Source: Stegostoma tigrinum (lineage: Eukaryota). From it: 64,000 nucleotides of DNA. Of the stretch, positions 36,880-49,169 are shown piece by piece. The notes under the pieces were generated by a model. The model saw nothing but the letters and a program-made list of their open reading frames with translations. It was not told where the DNA came from and ran no database searches. The number at the start of each line of letters is the position of its first letter. The first letter of the stretch is position 1. The translations under genes were made by a program, and so were the position numbers. The stretch spans positions 23,847,989 to 23,911,988 of the forward strand of contig NC_081373.1 in assembly GCF_030684315.1 (NCBI RefSeq). The letters are read 5' to 3'.

Positions 36880-38600
36880 AATTTATTTACAAGTTTGTTG
36901 ACTTGATTGCCGAGCTGGCTTGTTCTCATTCAGACGTTTCGTCACCATGCTAGATGACATCATCACTGAGGTCTCTAATGAAAGCAATATTCTCCTACTC
37001 TGCTGGGAATCTGTACCGTCTGGTCTGTTGTGGTGAGTACTATCATTTCCAGTTTTGATCTGTGTGGGTTTGTATATGGGGTCCAATTCTATATGTTTAT
37101 TGATCAGCATTACAGGCTCAGAACCATGCCTCTAAGAATTCCCACGCAAGTGTATGTTTGGCTCGGGCTACTTTGGTTACATTGTCCCAGTTAAACTGAT
37201 GGCCTTCATTGTTTGAGTGTACTGATATTAAGGAGAATTTGTCGTGTCGTTTTGCTGCTAGCTGATGTTCAGGAATTCTGATGGCTGGCTAGCTTCCTTC
37301 CTATCTGTTCGATGTAATGTTTGTGGGCAGTCGTTGCATGGTATTTTGTAAAACAACATTGGTTCTGCATGTTGTCAGAATGATGTCTTTAATCCTCGTA
37401 GTGTTTGCCTGAGAGTGGCTGTGGGCTTGTGGGTTATCATGATTCTGAGAGGTCTTAGGAGTCTTGTTGTCGGTTCTGATATTTTCCTGATGTAGGGCAG
37501 TGTGGCCAGTGTGTTAGGGCGTTCTGTGCACTCCTGTTGTTGTCTATTTAGTAGGCATCTGCAGATGAAGTTGGAGTGATATCTGACCATATCTGTAGGT
37601 GCTCTTCCTCTTTGCTGCTCAGTTCTGAAGTGTTGCAGTGTGTCGTGACCTGTTTAAGTAGTGTCCTAACACAGCTTTATTTGTGGTAGTTGGGGTGGTT
37701 GCTATGGAGGTTGAGGATTTGATCAGTATGGGTTGCCTTTCTGTGTATCGAGGTTTGGAATTCCCCATTGGTCATGCGCTCAACTTTGACGAACAGAAGT
37801 GGAAGTTGATTGTTGTTTTCTTGTTCCCTTGTGAATTTAATCCCTGTGAATACCTGTTGATGAGGTGATGGTTCTCTTCTAACTTGTTGTGTTTAATAAT
37901 GACAAATGTGTCATCTACGTACTGGATTCACAGTTTAGGTTGAATGTGGGGGAGGATTGTGTTTTCTAATCTTTGCATGACTGCTTCTGCAGTGAGTGCA
38001 GAGATGGGTGACCCCATTGGTGTAATGCTGATCTGGTTGTGTACTTGCTCATTAAAGACGAAGTGTGTGGTGAGGCATGGATCTAATAGTTTGAGGGTAT
38101 GTTGCCCTTGCTGATGGAACTGCTGGTCTGCGTTCCTGCTTCCAGTGATAATGTGGCCAGTATTTCTTTGGCTAGTGGGATGTTGATTGATGTGAATAAA
38201 GCTGTGACATCAAAGGATACCGCATTCTTGTTGCTGATTTTTGTGTTCTTGAGGGAATTCTTGGATTGAATGGATAGAATAGGATGATCCAACATCGGCT
38301 AGGTGTTTCAGTGTCTGCTGTAGGTCCCTGGCCGGTTTGTGTGAAGATGTGTCTGATACGGAAACAATGGGTCTGTGGGGGATCTGGTTGGTGTACTTTA
38401 GGACGCCCATAGAAGTGGGGGAGTATTTGTGCCTTCTGGTTTCATTCTCATGTGGTCTGTCTTAGTTATCTGTCCTGCATCCTCTCGTCTCCTCTGTCTG
38501 GGTGATCCTATTAACGAGCTGCAGTGTTGGGTCTATTGTCACCTGTTGGTAAGTGGTTGCATCTGTGAGCAACAATTGTGCTTTCTTAACATCGTCTTTG
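36880..38600 (-). mobile_element. Second Penelope-like retroelement (different family), degenerate RT + GIY-YIG
   Basis: Minus-strand remnants PHRPIVS, VSFDVTALFTSI, PMGSPIS, YVDDTF, ATLPYI, YKIPCNDC; hammerhead-like terminus at ~36930-36968. Confidence 0.85.
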
Positions 38601-39059
38601 CTAAAACTTTTATCTATTTACAAGTTTCCAAAATGTGCATTCACCCTCAAAATATAAGTAATAACAGATGGTTCATCTGCATTGCCATTCACAAAATTGA
38701 TGCTTGAAAGTCAGTTGCTCACATCTTAAGCACTGAAGTGATGTTGCAGAATCACTGATGTCATTCAGTCTCTGCTGGTCTCATACTGACCTCTCACCAA
38801 GAAATGTGCATCTACAATTATACTAATTAGAATCCTTTGAAAGCACATTGGAAAAAAACTGAATCTTTAATAACAACATTAGAATGACCACCATTCACCA
38901 TATTATAATTTTCCAACGCTGATCTTTAAAGTCCTATCCTGCAGATTCTGTCGAAACATACACGTTCATGCCAAGCAATCAGGTAAACTTGATTTGTGTG
39001 TATCTTGTCATCTTCCTAATTATTCAATCATTTTAAAAGTACAGCAATGTTAGTTTAAC

Positions 39060-39350
39060 TATATACATATAAAAATAGATGGAAGGCAATGAAATGTAAG
39101 GCAGTAACTTACTAAGGAGTTTGGATGACATCAGACAATGAAATCAAAGCCATGGACATCAGCTGAGTTCCATAATTAGATCACAGAGTTTAAATTACCA
39201 TCCGCTATTTCGAATTAAAAATAGCGTATTTACTGGTGAATGGGCTCTTGTGGTACATTGTAGTGCCCCTACCTCTGGACCAGGAGACCCTGGATTCAAG
39301 TACTACCTACTCCAGGTCTTAACAGGTTGATGAGATAATACAGCTGGTGA
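39060..39350 (+). promoter_or_regulatory. Candidate muscle enhancer upstream of NRAP
   Basis: MEF2 consensus TTAAAAATAG at 39215-39224, near-consensus ATAAAAATAG at 39069-39078, E-boxes CAGCTG at 39160 and 39341. Confidence 0.4.
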
Positions 39351-40852
39351 TTTTATTCAATTTATAATTCTAAACATTCTCAGATTTATCATACTTAACA
39401 CTTTAATTCAAGATTTATTTTAGCCTCTGTGATAAGTGGTGAAGTTAAAATGTATTCAACTTCTAAAATCATTCCTTTTAGTTCTTTGAGAAAGAATTTA
39501 AGAATGACATATGTGCAGCACTATAGACCGCTGGTGAGTAAAGAGTTATACTGATGCCACAAAATATGAACATAGATCTTGAATAGATTATTGATGTCAT
39601 TTGTGTTTTAAAGTGAAATAGCAGCTTTATTAATCACTTAGGAACATATAGAATCAGGATGAGTCTCTTCTGCCTTTGAGACTGTTTGTTTCAGCATTTA
39701 ATTAAGGTATGGCTGATCAGCAGGGCAACTCTGATCTTTAGCACCTTTAGGTGATGAAAAAAGATCTCAGACTTAAAATTAATTAAGTCACCAGCATAAT
39801 TTTTATTTGGAGGAAAATACTCCAAACATGTTTGAATTTACGATATACACTCACTTTATTTTTAAAGACATGTACACAAACAACAATGTATGATACAGTT
39901 TGTGTGGCTTTAAACACCCTTGATGTGTAAAAGTATATTTTATTTTCAGTTTTGGCACTAATTGTTTGACTATTCTGCCTTGACATATACTCTCCAATCA
40001 GCAAAATGATTTTTCCTTATCTGTTCTGTCGGTTCCCCTTCAGAATTTCAAAATGTAGAACAAACCATCCTTTGACCTTTTTGGTTCCAAGGGATGTTGT
40101 TATGTTGTAATTTACTGCTTGGAGCCCAGGTATCATTTTGGTCAATTTCCTTCCAATTCACTATATACTTTTTAAGATGTAATACCCAGAACAGTTCTTT
40201 TCCTCAAGATGTGGTCTAATCACGGCTTTGTAAAGCTGAAACATGACTTCTGCCCTGTTTTATCATTTAGATACAAAGATCAATATTCATTAGCCTTTTT
40301 GTTTATAGTCTGGCACCTGTCAAGGTATTTTAATGATCTATTTACCCTAGACACCCAAGTTTCTATGAACATCCATTATTTTTAATTTCTCACCATTTAG
40401 AAAGGAAGATGTTGTACAACTCTTACATTCAAATCCATTTAAATCCATTTGCCACAGTTTCTCTCATTCACTTAACTCTCAATACATTTTTATAGTGCCA
40501 TCCATCCCTATGCCAACAGTAAATCTGGATATGTGACTTTCTGTTCCATCGCCTAAGTATTAACATGGGAGAATCATGGCATCATATAGTCCAGAAAAGG
40601 CCCTTTGGCCCATCAAATCTGTACTGCCAAAAACATACTACCAACTACACTAGTCTCACTTTCCTGTAATAGGCCCATAGCCTTGAATGTTATGGAAATC
40701 TTGAACATACAAAGCAGTTATCAGGTTAAGTTTAAGGGCAGTGATGAAATCACTGTAGAATATAAATGGAAAGTTTTTTAAGAACTGAATACTGTCAGGG
40801 ATTGAGTTGTTGGGACCAGTTTTATTTCTTTTCTCAGCCCTTTGCCTTTACT

Positions 40853-41137
40853 CAGAGATAGTAAGAACTGCTGACGCTGGAGTCAGTGTGGATAACGCAG
40901 TGTGGAGCTGGATGGGCACAGCAGGCCAGGCAGCATCAGAGGAGCAGGAAAACTGACGTTTTGCTTCAGGACCCTCCTTTAGCAGGCCAGGCCGCATCAG
41001 AGGAGAGGAAAGCTGACGTTTCGGGTCGGGATCCTTTTTCAGAAAATGAGGGAGGGTCCTGACCCGAAACGTCAGTTTTCCTGTTCCTCTGATGCTGCCT
41101 GGCCTGCTGTGTTCCTCCACCTCCACACTGTGTTATC
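40853..41137. mobile_element. Penelope-terminal hairpin element with an internal partial duplication
   Basis: Inverted arms plus duplicated gcaggccagg..tcaga segment; TSD tttgcctttact. Confidence 0.85.
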
Positions 41138-41358
41138 TTTGCCTTTACTGATGTTTTGAGGCTGATTTTGTGGAGATGACATTCCAGGCAGATGTGTGGT
41201 GGTGTTCATAACCTTGTCAGTAACAACATCAATGCAGGATTGTACATTTGTGAAAACATCCACTTGATAACCAAATGTATAGCTGTATAAAGGAATCGGT
41301 TTATGATGTACACTCACTTTATTTTTAAAGATGTGTATGACAACAACAATGTGTAATA

Positions 41359-41808
41359 CATAAGACCATAAGACCATAAAACATAGGAGTGGAAGTAAGG
41401 CCATTCAGCCCATAGAATCCACCCCGCCATTTAATCATGGCTGATGGGCATTTCAACTCCACTTCCCTGCACTCTCCCCCCAGCCCTTAATTCCTTGTGA
41501 GATCAAGAATTTATCAGTCTCCGCCCTAAAGACATTTAACGTCCTGGCCTTCTTTGCGTTCCGTGGCAATGAATTCCACAAGCCCACCACTCTCTGGCTG
41601 AAGAAATGTCTCCCCATTTCCGATTTAAATCGACCCCCCCTAATTCTAAGGCTGTGCCCACGTGTCCTAGTCCCCCCTTAACGGAAACAACTTCCCAGCG
41701 TCCACCCTTTCTAAGCCATACAATATCTTGTAAGTTTCTATTAGATCTCCCCTCAACCTTCTAAACTCTAATGAATACAATCCCAGGATCCTTAGCTGTT
41801 CATCGTAA
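41359..41808 (-). mobile_element. Relatively young CR1 LINE 3' end
   Basis: (cataagac)n tail; reverse strand encodes RLRGDLIETYKI..RVDAGKLFP..FFSQRVVGLWNSLP. Confidence 0.85.
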
Positions 41809-42099
41809 CAGTTTGTGTTGCTTTAAACAGCAAAAAATATTTTGGACTGCCAACAGAAAATTCACAGTTACAGACACTGTGCTGCAAGGAAAATCCGATA
41901 TTCTGAAGAAGGACACTAGACTGGAATCGTTAACTCTTTTCTACCCATGAATGCCGCCAGACCAGCTGAGTTTCTCCAGCAATTTCTGTTTTTGTTTCGG
42001 ATTCCCAGCATCCTCAGTTCGTTCTTTTATTTTGTGCTGCAAAGTGTTGATTTGCTTTTGGAAAGTTGATGATCTAGATTGATAAAATGTTGCCAGTCC

Positions 42100-42462
42100 C
42101 CTTTTACCTTATAGCTGACATCAATACATATTTAGTGGAATATTGCTATTTTGGGACTGAGGCATTAAACACCAGTCACCCTCCAAACTTAAACCTGATA
42201 CAAGCTTTGTGATTGACAGCCCTGGTAACCAAAGTCGACTGGAGTTGTGGAGTTCAGAGCTTAGAAATAGGTGTCTGGATCCAATGGCCAAGGAGAGGAG
42301 GCGGGACTTGATTAATCCTGAAATGAAGGGGCTGACTGCTGGTGGCAGGTTCTAGTCCAGGCGAGATCACAAGTAGCACAGCTCAGAAACAGACCACGGA
42401 GAAGGAAATAAAAAGGAAACGTATCGCGGCTTGCTTTTGAATAACAAAAATACTGTTTGAAA
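42100..42462 (+). promoter_or_regulatory. NRAP proximal promoter / 5' UTR
   Basis: MEF2-like ttagaaatag 42261-42270, CCAAT 42281, GC-box-like gaggcggga ~42298, directly upstream of the ATG. Confidence 0.55.
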
Positions 42463-42531
42463 ATGAATAAACCGTGCGCTCGCTGTGGTTTTGGCGTCTA
42501 TCCTGCCGAGAAAATAGTCTGCATAGACCAG
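42463..42531 (+). CDS. NRAP: NRAP coding exon 1 (LIM domain start, MNKPCARCGFGVYPAEKIVCIDQ)
   Basis: Matches human NRAP MNVQPCSRCGYGVYPAEKISCIDQ; donor CAG|GTGAGT. Confidence 0.95.
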
Positions 42532-42624
42532 GTGAGTGATGCTGAAATTTCCTTGAATGTCAGATATGTGTTTAAAATTGAAAGTTTGGCCCGGTTAATA
42601 AAGTGTTTATTTTGTTACCTACAG

Positions 42625-42719
42625 ACCTGGCATAAGTCCTGTTTCCACTGTGAGGTCTGCAAAATGATCTTAACGGTCAACAATTTTATCAGTCACCAGA
42701 AGAAACCATACTGTCAGGC
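42625..42719 (+). CDS. NRAP: NRAP exon 2 (LIM: TWHKSCFHCEVCKMILTVNNFISHQKKPYCQA)
   Basis: Acceptor cctacag, donor GC|GTGAGT, 95 bp; LIM Cys/His pattern. Confidence 0.95.
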
Positions 42720-43060
42720 GTGAGTCATTTTAAAAGTTAATGAAAACTTAGTTGGACCAATCGTACTAAAGGGCTTTTATGACTCAATATTAATTTACAC
42801 TTAAATATATTCAAATGGAACAATGAAAAATGCAAGGTTATTGAATATTTCTTCTGTTTCTACAGTGAACACTGTAAGTGTCACTGGTCTGATTTTAGAT
42901 GTAGAGATTTATACGACAACACTTGTAAAAATTATTCATAGTAGGAGCACTCTGTATGTTTGAAGATATCTGTCTGCAGCAACCTGAGTGAAATTAGTAG
43001 AAAATTCATTTGATTTTTTTTTGATTGTAAATTGGTGGCAATGTTTACTTTAATTCGCAG

Positions 43061-43145
43061 GCACAATCCTAAAGTCAACAAATTTACCAGCGTACTAGAT
43101 ACACCCCTGAACCTGAATGTGAAAAAACAAAGCGAGTCCAGTGAG
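43061..43145 (+). CDS. NRAP: NRAP exon 3 (HNPKVNKFTSVLDTPLNLNVKKQSESSE)
   Basis: Acceptor ttcgcag, donor GAG|GTGGGT; matches human HNPKNNTFTSVYHTPLNLNV. Confidence 0.93.
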
Positions 43146-44277
43146 GTGGGTAACTGGCACTAAAAATGGGAGCAGTACATATTATTCTCATAATACATCA
43201 TCCAAGACCACCGGGCATAACTAAAAGACTGAATAGCCTGTCCCTAAGTACAACATGTTTTTCTTTCACTTCAATTCAGTTGATAAAGCAGTTGTTTAAC
43301 CATAACTAATGATTAAATGACCTAGATCTCATATGGTTCACATGTTTTGCAGAGTGTTTGATATATTTTCTTTTAATCTTGGTGACAACTAGGCTTTGGA
43401 ATGAAGCCTGTTACAGCAACATCTATTTCTGGACAGCAACTGTGACACCTCGCTGCTTGTGCTTCAACTTCATGTGGAGGTTAAAATTACAGTCCTCTAA
43501 ATGCTGGCCGTCCATTTCCCCTGCACTGCACCATATTCTGTTGCTTTTAATCACGAGTGACAAATTGGTCCAAAGTTATTGAACACAACTTCCGCAACAT
43601 TTTAGATTAAACTGACCCTTAATAAGCTAGTCTTGAAGATATACAAACTGACTTTTTAAGTCTTAACTTGTCATGTCAGGCACATGGATGGATGTTTGTA
43701 CTGTTAATGTTATGTTTGCAAGACAGAGATAGTTACTCCCTTTACTTCGCCATCATCAAATTTATCAAGTTATTTTTCTTCTGAAATCCCAACATTTTAT
43801 TTTGATTTTAGTCTTGCCTTGTTGAATTCAATATTTTGGTAGAATTTGTACTTCAGTAGCATGGAGAATTTGTGCTTTTAGTTTATATAAGGATTCCACA
43901 GGCATAAACCATTCTCCTATTGTGTTCCTAAATTTCCAGGTTTTATTCATGATAACTTTTAAAAACAAAAGAAAAATCAAACCTGTTATTCTATTCAACA
44001 TACATTCTGATTGATACCAGTAACTGAACATGTTTTGCTTGTTAACTTGGTTGGCTGGATGGCCAGTGAATGGTATATAATGTAGGTTCAACTTCACTTG
44101 CAACTGAGATCATTCTTAGGGCTTGCCTTACCCATTGGCATCTAGCATGAACCACGATTTAGAAACCCTTGGACAATGAGGATACTGCATAGAAAGAGAA
44201 AGAAAAGTGTGCATATTATGATAGCTGCACATATTGTGCAATTACAAAGAAACTTAAACACTACAGTTTAAACTATG

Positions 44278-44500
44278 CGATAACACAGCGTGGAGCTGGA
44301 GGAACACAGCAGGTCAGGCAGTATCAGAGGAGCAGGAAAGTTGATGTTTTGGGTTGGAACCCTTTGTTGTTTTTTTTCTGAAGAGGGGAACCGACCCGAA
44401 ACATTAACTTTCCTGTTGCTCTGATGCTGCCTGACCTGCTGTGTTCTTCCAACTTCACACTGTCATCTCTGACTCCGGCATCGGCAGTTCTTATTATCTC
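44278..44500. mobile_element. Penelope-terminal hairpin element
   Basis: Inverted arms gtggagctggaggaacacagcagg...cctgctgtgttcttccaacttcac. Confidence 0.8.
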
Positions 44501-44669
44501 ACACTTTAAACTGTTCTTTATTTAGCCAATCTGCAGCTTCTTGTTGCTTTCGTGAGTCTGGAGTGAACTTTCATACTTAATCTCTTGGGACACCATGATG
44601 TACTTATTGTGATGATAATAAGGACAAGATGAAGCTGTGTTGAATGCCTGTCACCCTGTAAAGCTGTAG

Positions 44670-44883
44670 GAGCGAATTACTGCAGATGCTGGAGTCAGTA
44701 CTGCAAACAAAAGATGCTGGAGACCACACTGGGCCATGGAGAGAAAGCAAGCTAATGTTTCAAATCTAGATAACTCTTCATCTTCGGCTCCGATGAAGAG
44801 TCATCTAGACTCAAAATGTGAGTGTTCTTTCTCTCCATGGATGCTGCCTGACCTACTGTGATCTTCAGCACTTTTTGCTTTCA
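44670..44883. mobile_element. Penelope-terminal hairpin element (third family)
   Basis: Inverted arms around ccgatgaagagtcatctagactc hammerhead-like core. Confidence 0.65.
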
Positions 44884-45190
44884 GCCCTGTAATGCTGGTT
44901 CACCTTAACGCATGCAACTTGATTCCTGTATTACTTGAGGAGGGGACCCAATCTATGAGAAGTTGACGAGAAGCTTTTGATTGTTGTTGATGTGAAAATA
45001 TCGAACTTTGAAGAGGCTGACCAGGAAAAGAAAAACAATTAAGAAACATTCAGTAAAAAGGTGGGAAAGATAAAGGAAAAAAGTAACAAATTCACAAGCT
45101 GCATTACCCATGGCTTAAATCTTCCAAGTGCTGATACAGTCGGTTTTAAAATCCAGTATCATAAAATGTCCACTGAACTTTTGTACTTAG

Positions 45191-45295
45191 ATTAAGTATC
45201 GCGAGGAAGCTGAAAAATTCAAATCAGTTTTTCATTGGGATATAAAGTCGAAGCAGCTGGAGCATGCCTGTAAGGCTGGGAGACTTGCAAGTAAG
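45191..45295 (+). CDS. NRAP: NRAP exon 4 (IKYREEAEKFKSVFHWDIKSKQLEHACKAGRLASK)
   Basis: 105 bp, phase 0-0, AG/GT; KSVFHWD.KSK matches human. Confidence 0.93.
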
Positions 45296-46048
45296 GTAAG
45301 CAGCCTGAAGGTATTGTAAAACTTAAGTGTCATATGCAACAAAATCAATATTTAATTATATTTTTCCCCAAGAATCTGTGACTATTCTGTTGGACTCCTG
45401 CCATAATGTTGATAGGAGTTCATGAGAATGGTCATTAGCTAATTTTCAGGATAGTCTTGCAGGGCTGAGTCTTGAAACATCCTTTTCAAGCCATCAGAAT
45501 AAGAGGTTGTGTGAGTTAGGGACAAGGGCATCAAATTCCCACATTACAAGCCCTCTTTCATTGGCAATAATCCTATGCTTGGTGCATCTGTGCCTGATGA
45601 GGCCAGGAAGACTTGATGTGAGACCATTGTGTGGATGGGTGGGTTTGCTGAAGGCTTCCAAAATTGTTGGTCCACCACATTATTCAACAAACCTTGGCAA
45701 AGTCAGCTACAGAGATATGGGCAGCTACAGCCTAACATATTGTCAGATTATTCAAGTATTCAATATTGCAAGTAAAAATTATGAAGTATGTAAAGTGGGC
45801 TATTGACTTGTGATCTCCATAATTCTGCAATTAGTATTTTGATGTTTTACCAAAAATGGCAGTGGTTTAGTTGAGCTCTTCCTATCGCTGTAGTATTAAA
45901 AGCACTAAAAGACAAATATTGGCTGTGACCCTGCAGTTTCCTGATACTTGCTGCATCCAAGAAAGTTTCCCTCCTTATGCCACTAAGCTTTCTTTTCACA
46001 TACAAACGCAAAGAAGCTCCATCATTGAACAAAAGTGCTTCCTTACAG

Positions 46049-46153
46049 GTGCAGTACACTAAGGCATGGGATGAAACAAAGGAATCATATCACTTACCAC
46101 CTGATATGCCCTCTATTCTTCAAGCACAGAAAAATACAGAACTTGTCAGCAAG
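46049..46153 (+). CDS. NRAP: NRAP exon 5, nebulin repeat with no counterpart at this position in human (VQYTKAWDETKESYHLPPDMPSILQAQKNTELVSK)
   Basis: 105 bp, phase 0-0, acceptor ccttacag, donor AAG|GTAGCA; canonical nebulin-repeat pattern. Confidence 0.85.
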
Positions 46154-46234
46154 GTAGCACACGACCAATTTCTCTTGTTTATTTTAACAGTTGTATTTTT
46201 TGTTTAATTGGTTTCCCTATTTTTAATTTGTCAG

Positions 46235-46339
46235 CATGCTTACCAGGCTTCCTATGAAGAAGACAAAAGTTGGTACTCTGCTTGTGTTACGAGTCCAGAG
46301 CTTGTACATGTTGCCCAGGCTCAAAAAGCTATCAGTGAT
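46235..46339 (+). CDS. NRAP: NRAP exon 6 (HAYQASYEEDKSWYSACVTSPELVHVAQAQKAISD)
   Basis: 105 bp, AG/GTAAG; similar to human RAYWTGYGEGNAW...PEIVRMVEARKSL. Confidence 0.9.
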
Positions 46340-46874
46340 GTAAGTGATTGATTTGTCTTAACTAAGAGGCTAGTGTCTGTTAGAACTTCATTGGTGAATG
46401 ATTGATTTTTTTAGCACTTGACGATAATTCTTTGTTGCTTCTGTAATGCATGCTGTGCACTTAGTGATAGATCACTTGAGCGGGTGATCCAAATTAACTT
46501 ACTGATCTAACCAGTTTCATTGTGGGATTCATTCAGTCATTTCCAGGTACTTGTACACTGAGGGAGGGAGAATTGGGAGCTGTTAACTGCAGCTTGATCT
46601 CAAACATCTCTGAGAAATGACTTTAAGAGAGGCAAGGAGCTATGGAACTTGCCATTGCAACCAGAATGGTACATCACATTGACAAACCCAAGGAAGAAAT
46701 GAAAGGGCTAAACAATCTTTAAAAGTAACCGCCCCTCAGGAAAAAATATAGAAAATTTATTCTTAACTTTTGTGTTAAAGTCTGTAAATCTGTATGTATT
46801 TATTTTAGTTGGATTAATTACATAATATTTTAAGGGCAGTTATGGAATTCTAGTCAAAACACAGATTTATGCAT

Positions 46875-47039
46875 GATAGTAGGAACTGCCAATGCTGGAT
46901 AATCTGAGATAACGCGGTGTGAAGCTGGATGAACACAGCAGGCCAAGCAGCATCAGAGGAGCAGGAAAGCTTGACGTTTCCTGCTCCTCTGATGCTGCTT
47001 AGCCTGCTGTGTTCATTCAGCTTCACACTGTGTTATCAT
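46875..47039. mobile_element. Penelope-terminal hairpin element
   Basis: TSD agatttatgcat at 46863-46874 and 47040-47051. Confidence 0.88.
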
Positions 47040-47475
47040 AGATTTATGCATGTTTATCATGATGTAATCTGCAGCTTTTAATTGCCTTAATTCTGAAGCA
47101 AAACCTTGGCTGCATTGATAGCATGTTGCATTTCAGAAGCTGTTTTGAGACTTCTCTGCGTTCCCAATTTTGTAAGTAGATAAAAGCTGATGAGATTTAT
47201 AGAAAATTAGCTAGCCTAAAGTGGGGGCAACCTGAGGCACACTGTAATTGGCCATTCATGTTGGCAGCAGCTAACACAATAATAACTGCATGACCTTAGC
47301 CGTGATGCTTTCTGCGAGCACAAAAATAAGATGTACTGGCGCGGAAATTGCAAAGTCAGATATTCTAGTGTGACATACACTTCAGGAACTGATGTGCTTT
47401 CAGATGTTTTCATTGCCTAAAGATTTATGCTTTCTCTCTACAAATAGCAAGAGCCTAGTGAACAACTATTTATGG

Positions 47476-47694
47476 TGATAATGGGAACTGCAGATGCTGG
47501 AGAATCCAAGATAATAAAGTGTGAAGCTGGATGAACCCAGCAGGCCAAGCAGCATCTCAGGAGCACAAAAGCTGACGTTTCGGGCCTAGACCCTTCATCA
47601 GAGATCTGATGAAGGGTCCAGGCCCAAAACTTCAGCTTTTGTGCTCCTGAGATGCTGCTTGGCCTGCAGGGTTCATCCAGCTTCACACTTTATT
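47476..47694. mobile_element. Penelope-terminal hairpin element
   Basis: TSD aactatttatgg at 47464-47475 and 47695-47706; intact hammerhead-like core on the - strand. Confidence 0.9.
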
Positions 47695-47984
47695 AACTAT
47701 TTATGGAGTTCTCCCTGTAGAAATACTAAAACTTTCCAATGGGCATTTTGTGCAGATGTTTCAAATCAGCAGAGAATGTTGAAGCACAGCTCCAGCTGCT
47801 GTAATGATCCTGGACATATGGCTTACATGTTAGCAGATATTTTGGTGCTACTTCAGTTCTGATCCTGTGCAGGACTGGCAATCTTAATACGTGTGTCATT
47901 GTGTATTCATCTTCACTGACCTTCAACTGAGAAATCTAAGCTGAGTTCATGTCAAACAGACTTCCTTGAAGAGGAGCCAATTTT

Positions 47985-48190
47985 GTCAAAGTGTTGAGGA
48001 ACAAAAACAAAGTCGCTGGAAAAGCGCAGCTGGTCTGTGGAGGAGAAAAGAGTTAACGTTTCGGCTACGGCGGAGCTGAAATGTTAACTCTGTTTTCTCC
48101 TCCACAGATGCTGCCAGACCAGCTCCGCTTTTCCAGCGACTTTGTTTTTGTTGCTGATTTACAGCATCCACAGTTCTTTTGGTTTTTATT
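47985..48190. mobile_element. Penelope-terminal hairpin element (second family)
   Basis: Arms aacaaaaacaaagtcgctggaaaagcg...cgcttttccagcgactttgtttttgtt. Confidence 0.8.
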
Positions 48191-48342
48191 TTGCCAAAGA
48201 GTTAGTTGTTAGGAAGCCGAGTTTATCTGAGATAAATATGAATAAACTATTAAATGCTTAGGATTTCAGACTTGATGAATAAATATTTTTAATTGTTAAA
48301 GCTTGACAGTAATGAAACTTGTTTATTTCTAAATTACTGAAG

Positions 48343-48447
48343 GTGGAGTATAAATGTGGACATGGAGAGTACATTTCCCAGTATGGTTCAGTGGTGGACA
48401 CGCCACAGTTACTGCATGACAAAGCAGGAGGCATATTGGCCAGAGAT
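48343..48447 (+). CDS. NRAP: NRAP exon 7 (VEYKCGHGEYISQYGSVVDTPQLLHDKAGGILARD)
   Basis: 105 bp, AG/GTAAG; matches human VEYKRGHDERISRFSTVADTPELLRSKAG. Confidence 0.92.
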
Positions 48448-49169
48448 GTAAGTATTATTTCTAATGTTGTAGCTTGCAAGATAATTTTGAGAGAATGCAA
48501 TTAGATTAAATAGAACGGATACTGCAGGGAAGCCTTAAACTGTCTATTTTCCATTTTCTCTTTTCCTCCTTGAGAACTGCATCAGATTCCTTTCTTTCTC
48601 CTCCTTCCACCCTGACAGTGCTGCAAATGCTGCAGCTGGTAATCCTTCACCCTTGTAGGAAGCCAAAATCTTGCTACTACTGACAATGTTTTAGAAAATA
48701 TTAATTCCTGTATGGATTGATGGAATGTTTAAAGTATGTGTGGATTAATGGTGTTGCATGTGGTCATTGAATGCATTTTGTTTCTATTTCATTAATATTG
48801 ACACTATTATTTCTGATGAAGCTCTTGGGTCTTGCCATCTCATGGTCTTTGACCTAATAAGGTTGTTTCAATTTGAAATAATACGCTACTTGAAAGCTTA
48901 GATATAAAGATTTTTCCAGAGAAGTCTCTTGATTTGCTTCTTGTAATATAAAGGGCAGGAGTGATCACATGTTTACAACTAGGCTAATGACCTACAAGGC
49001 TTGCTCAAAACTCTGGTTGCTGGATGATTGCATTCCTTTCCTATGTAGCACATTTAGTTTTTGTACCTCTGTGTGGTCTATTATGAGCTGTGGGTAAACA
49101 TTGCTGAATTTATCTTTTTGGAAATGCTGTTCTTCCATTTCACAACTGGAATCTCTGACCGTGTTTTAA

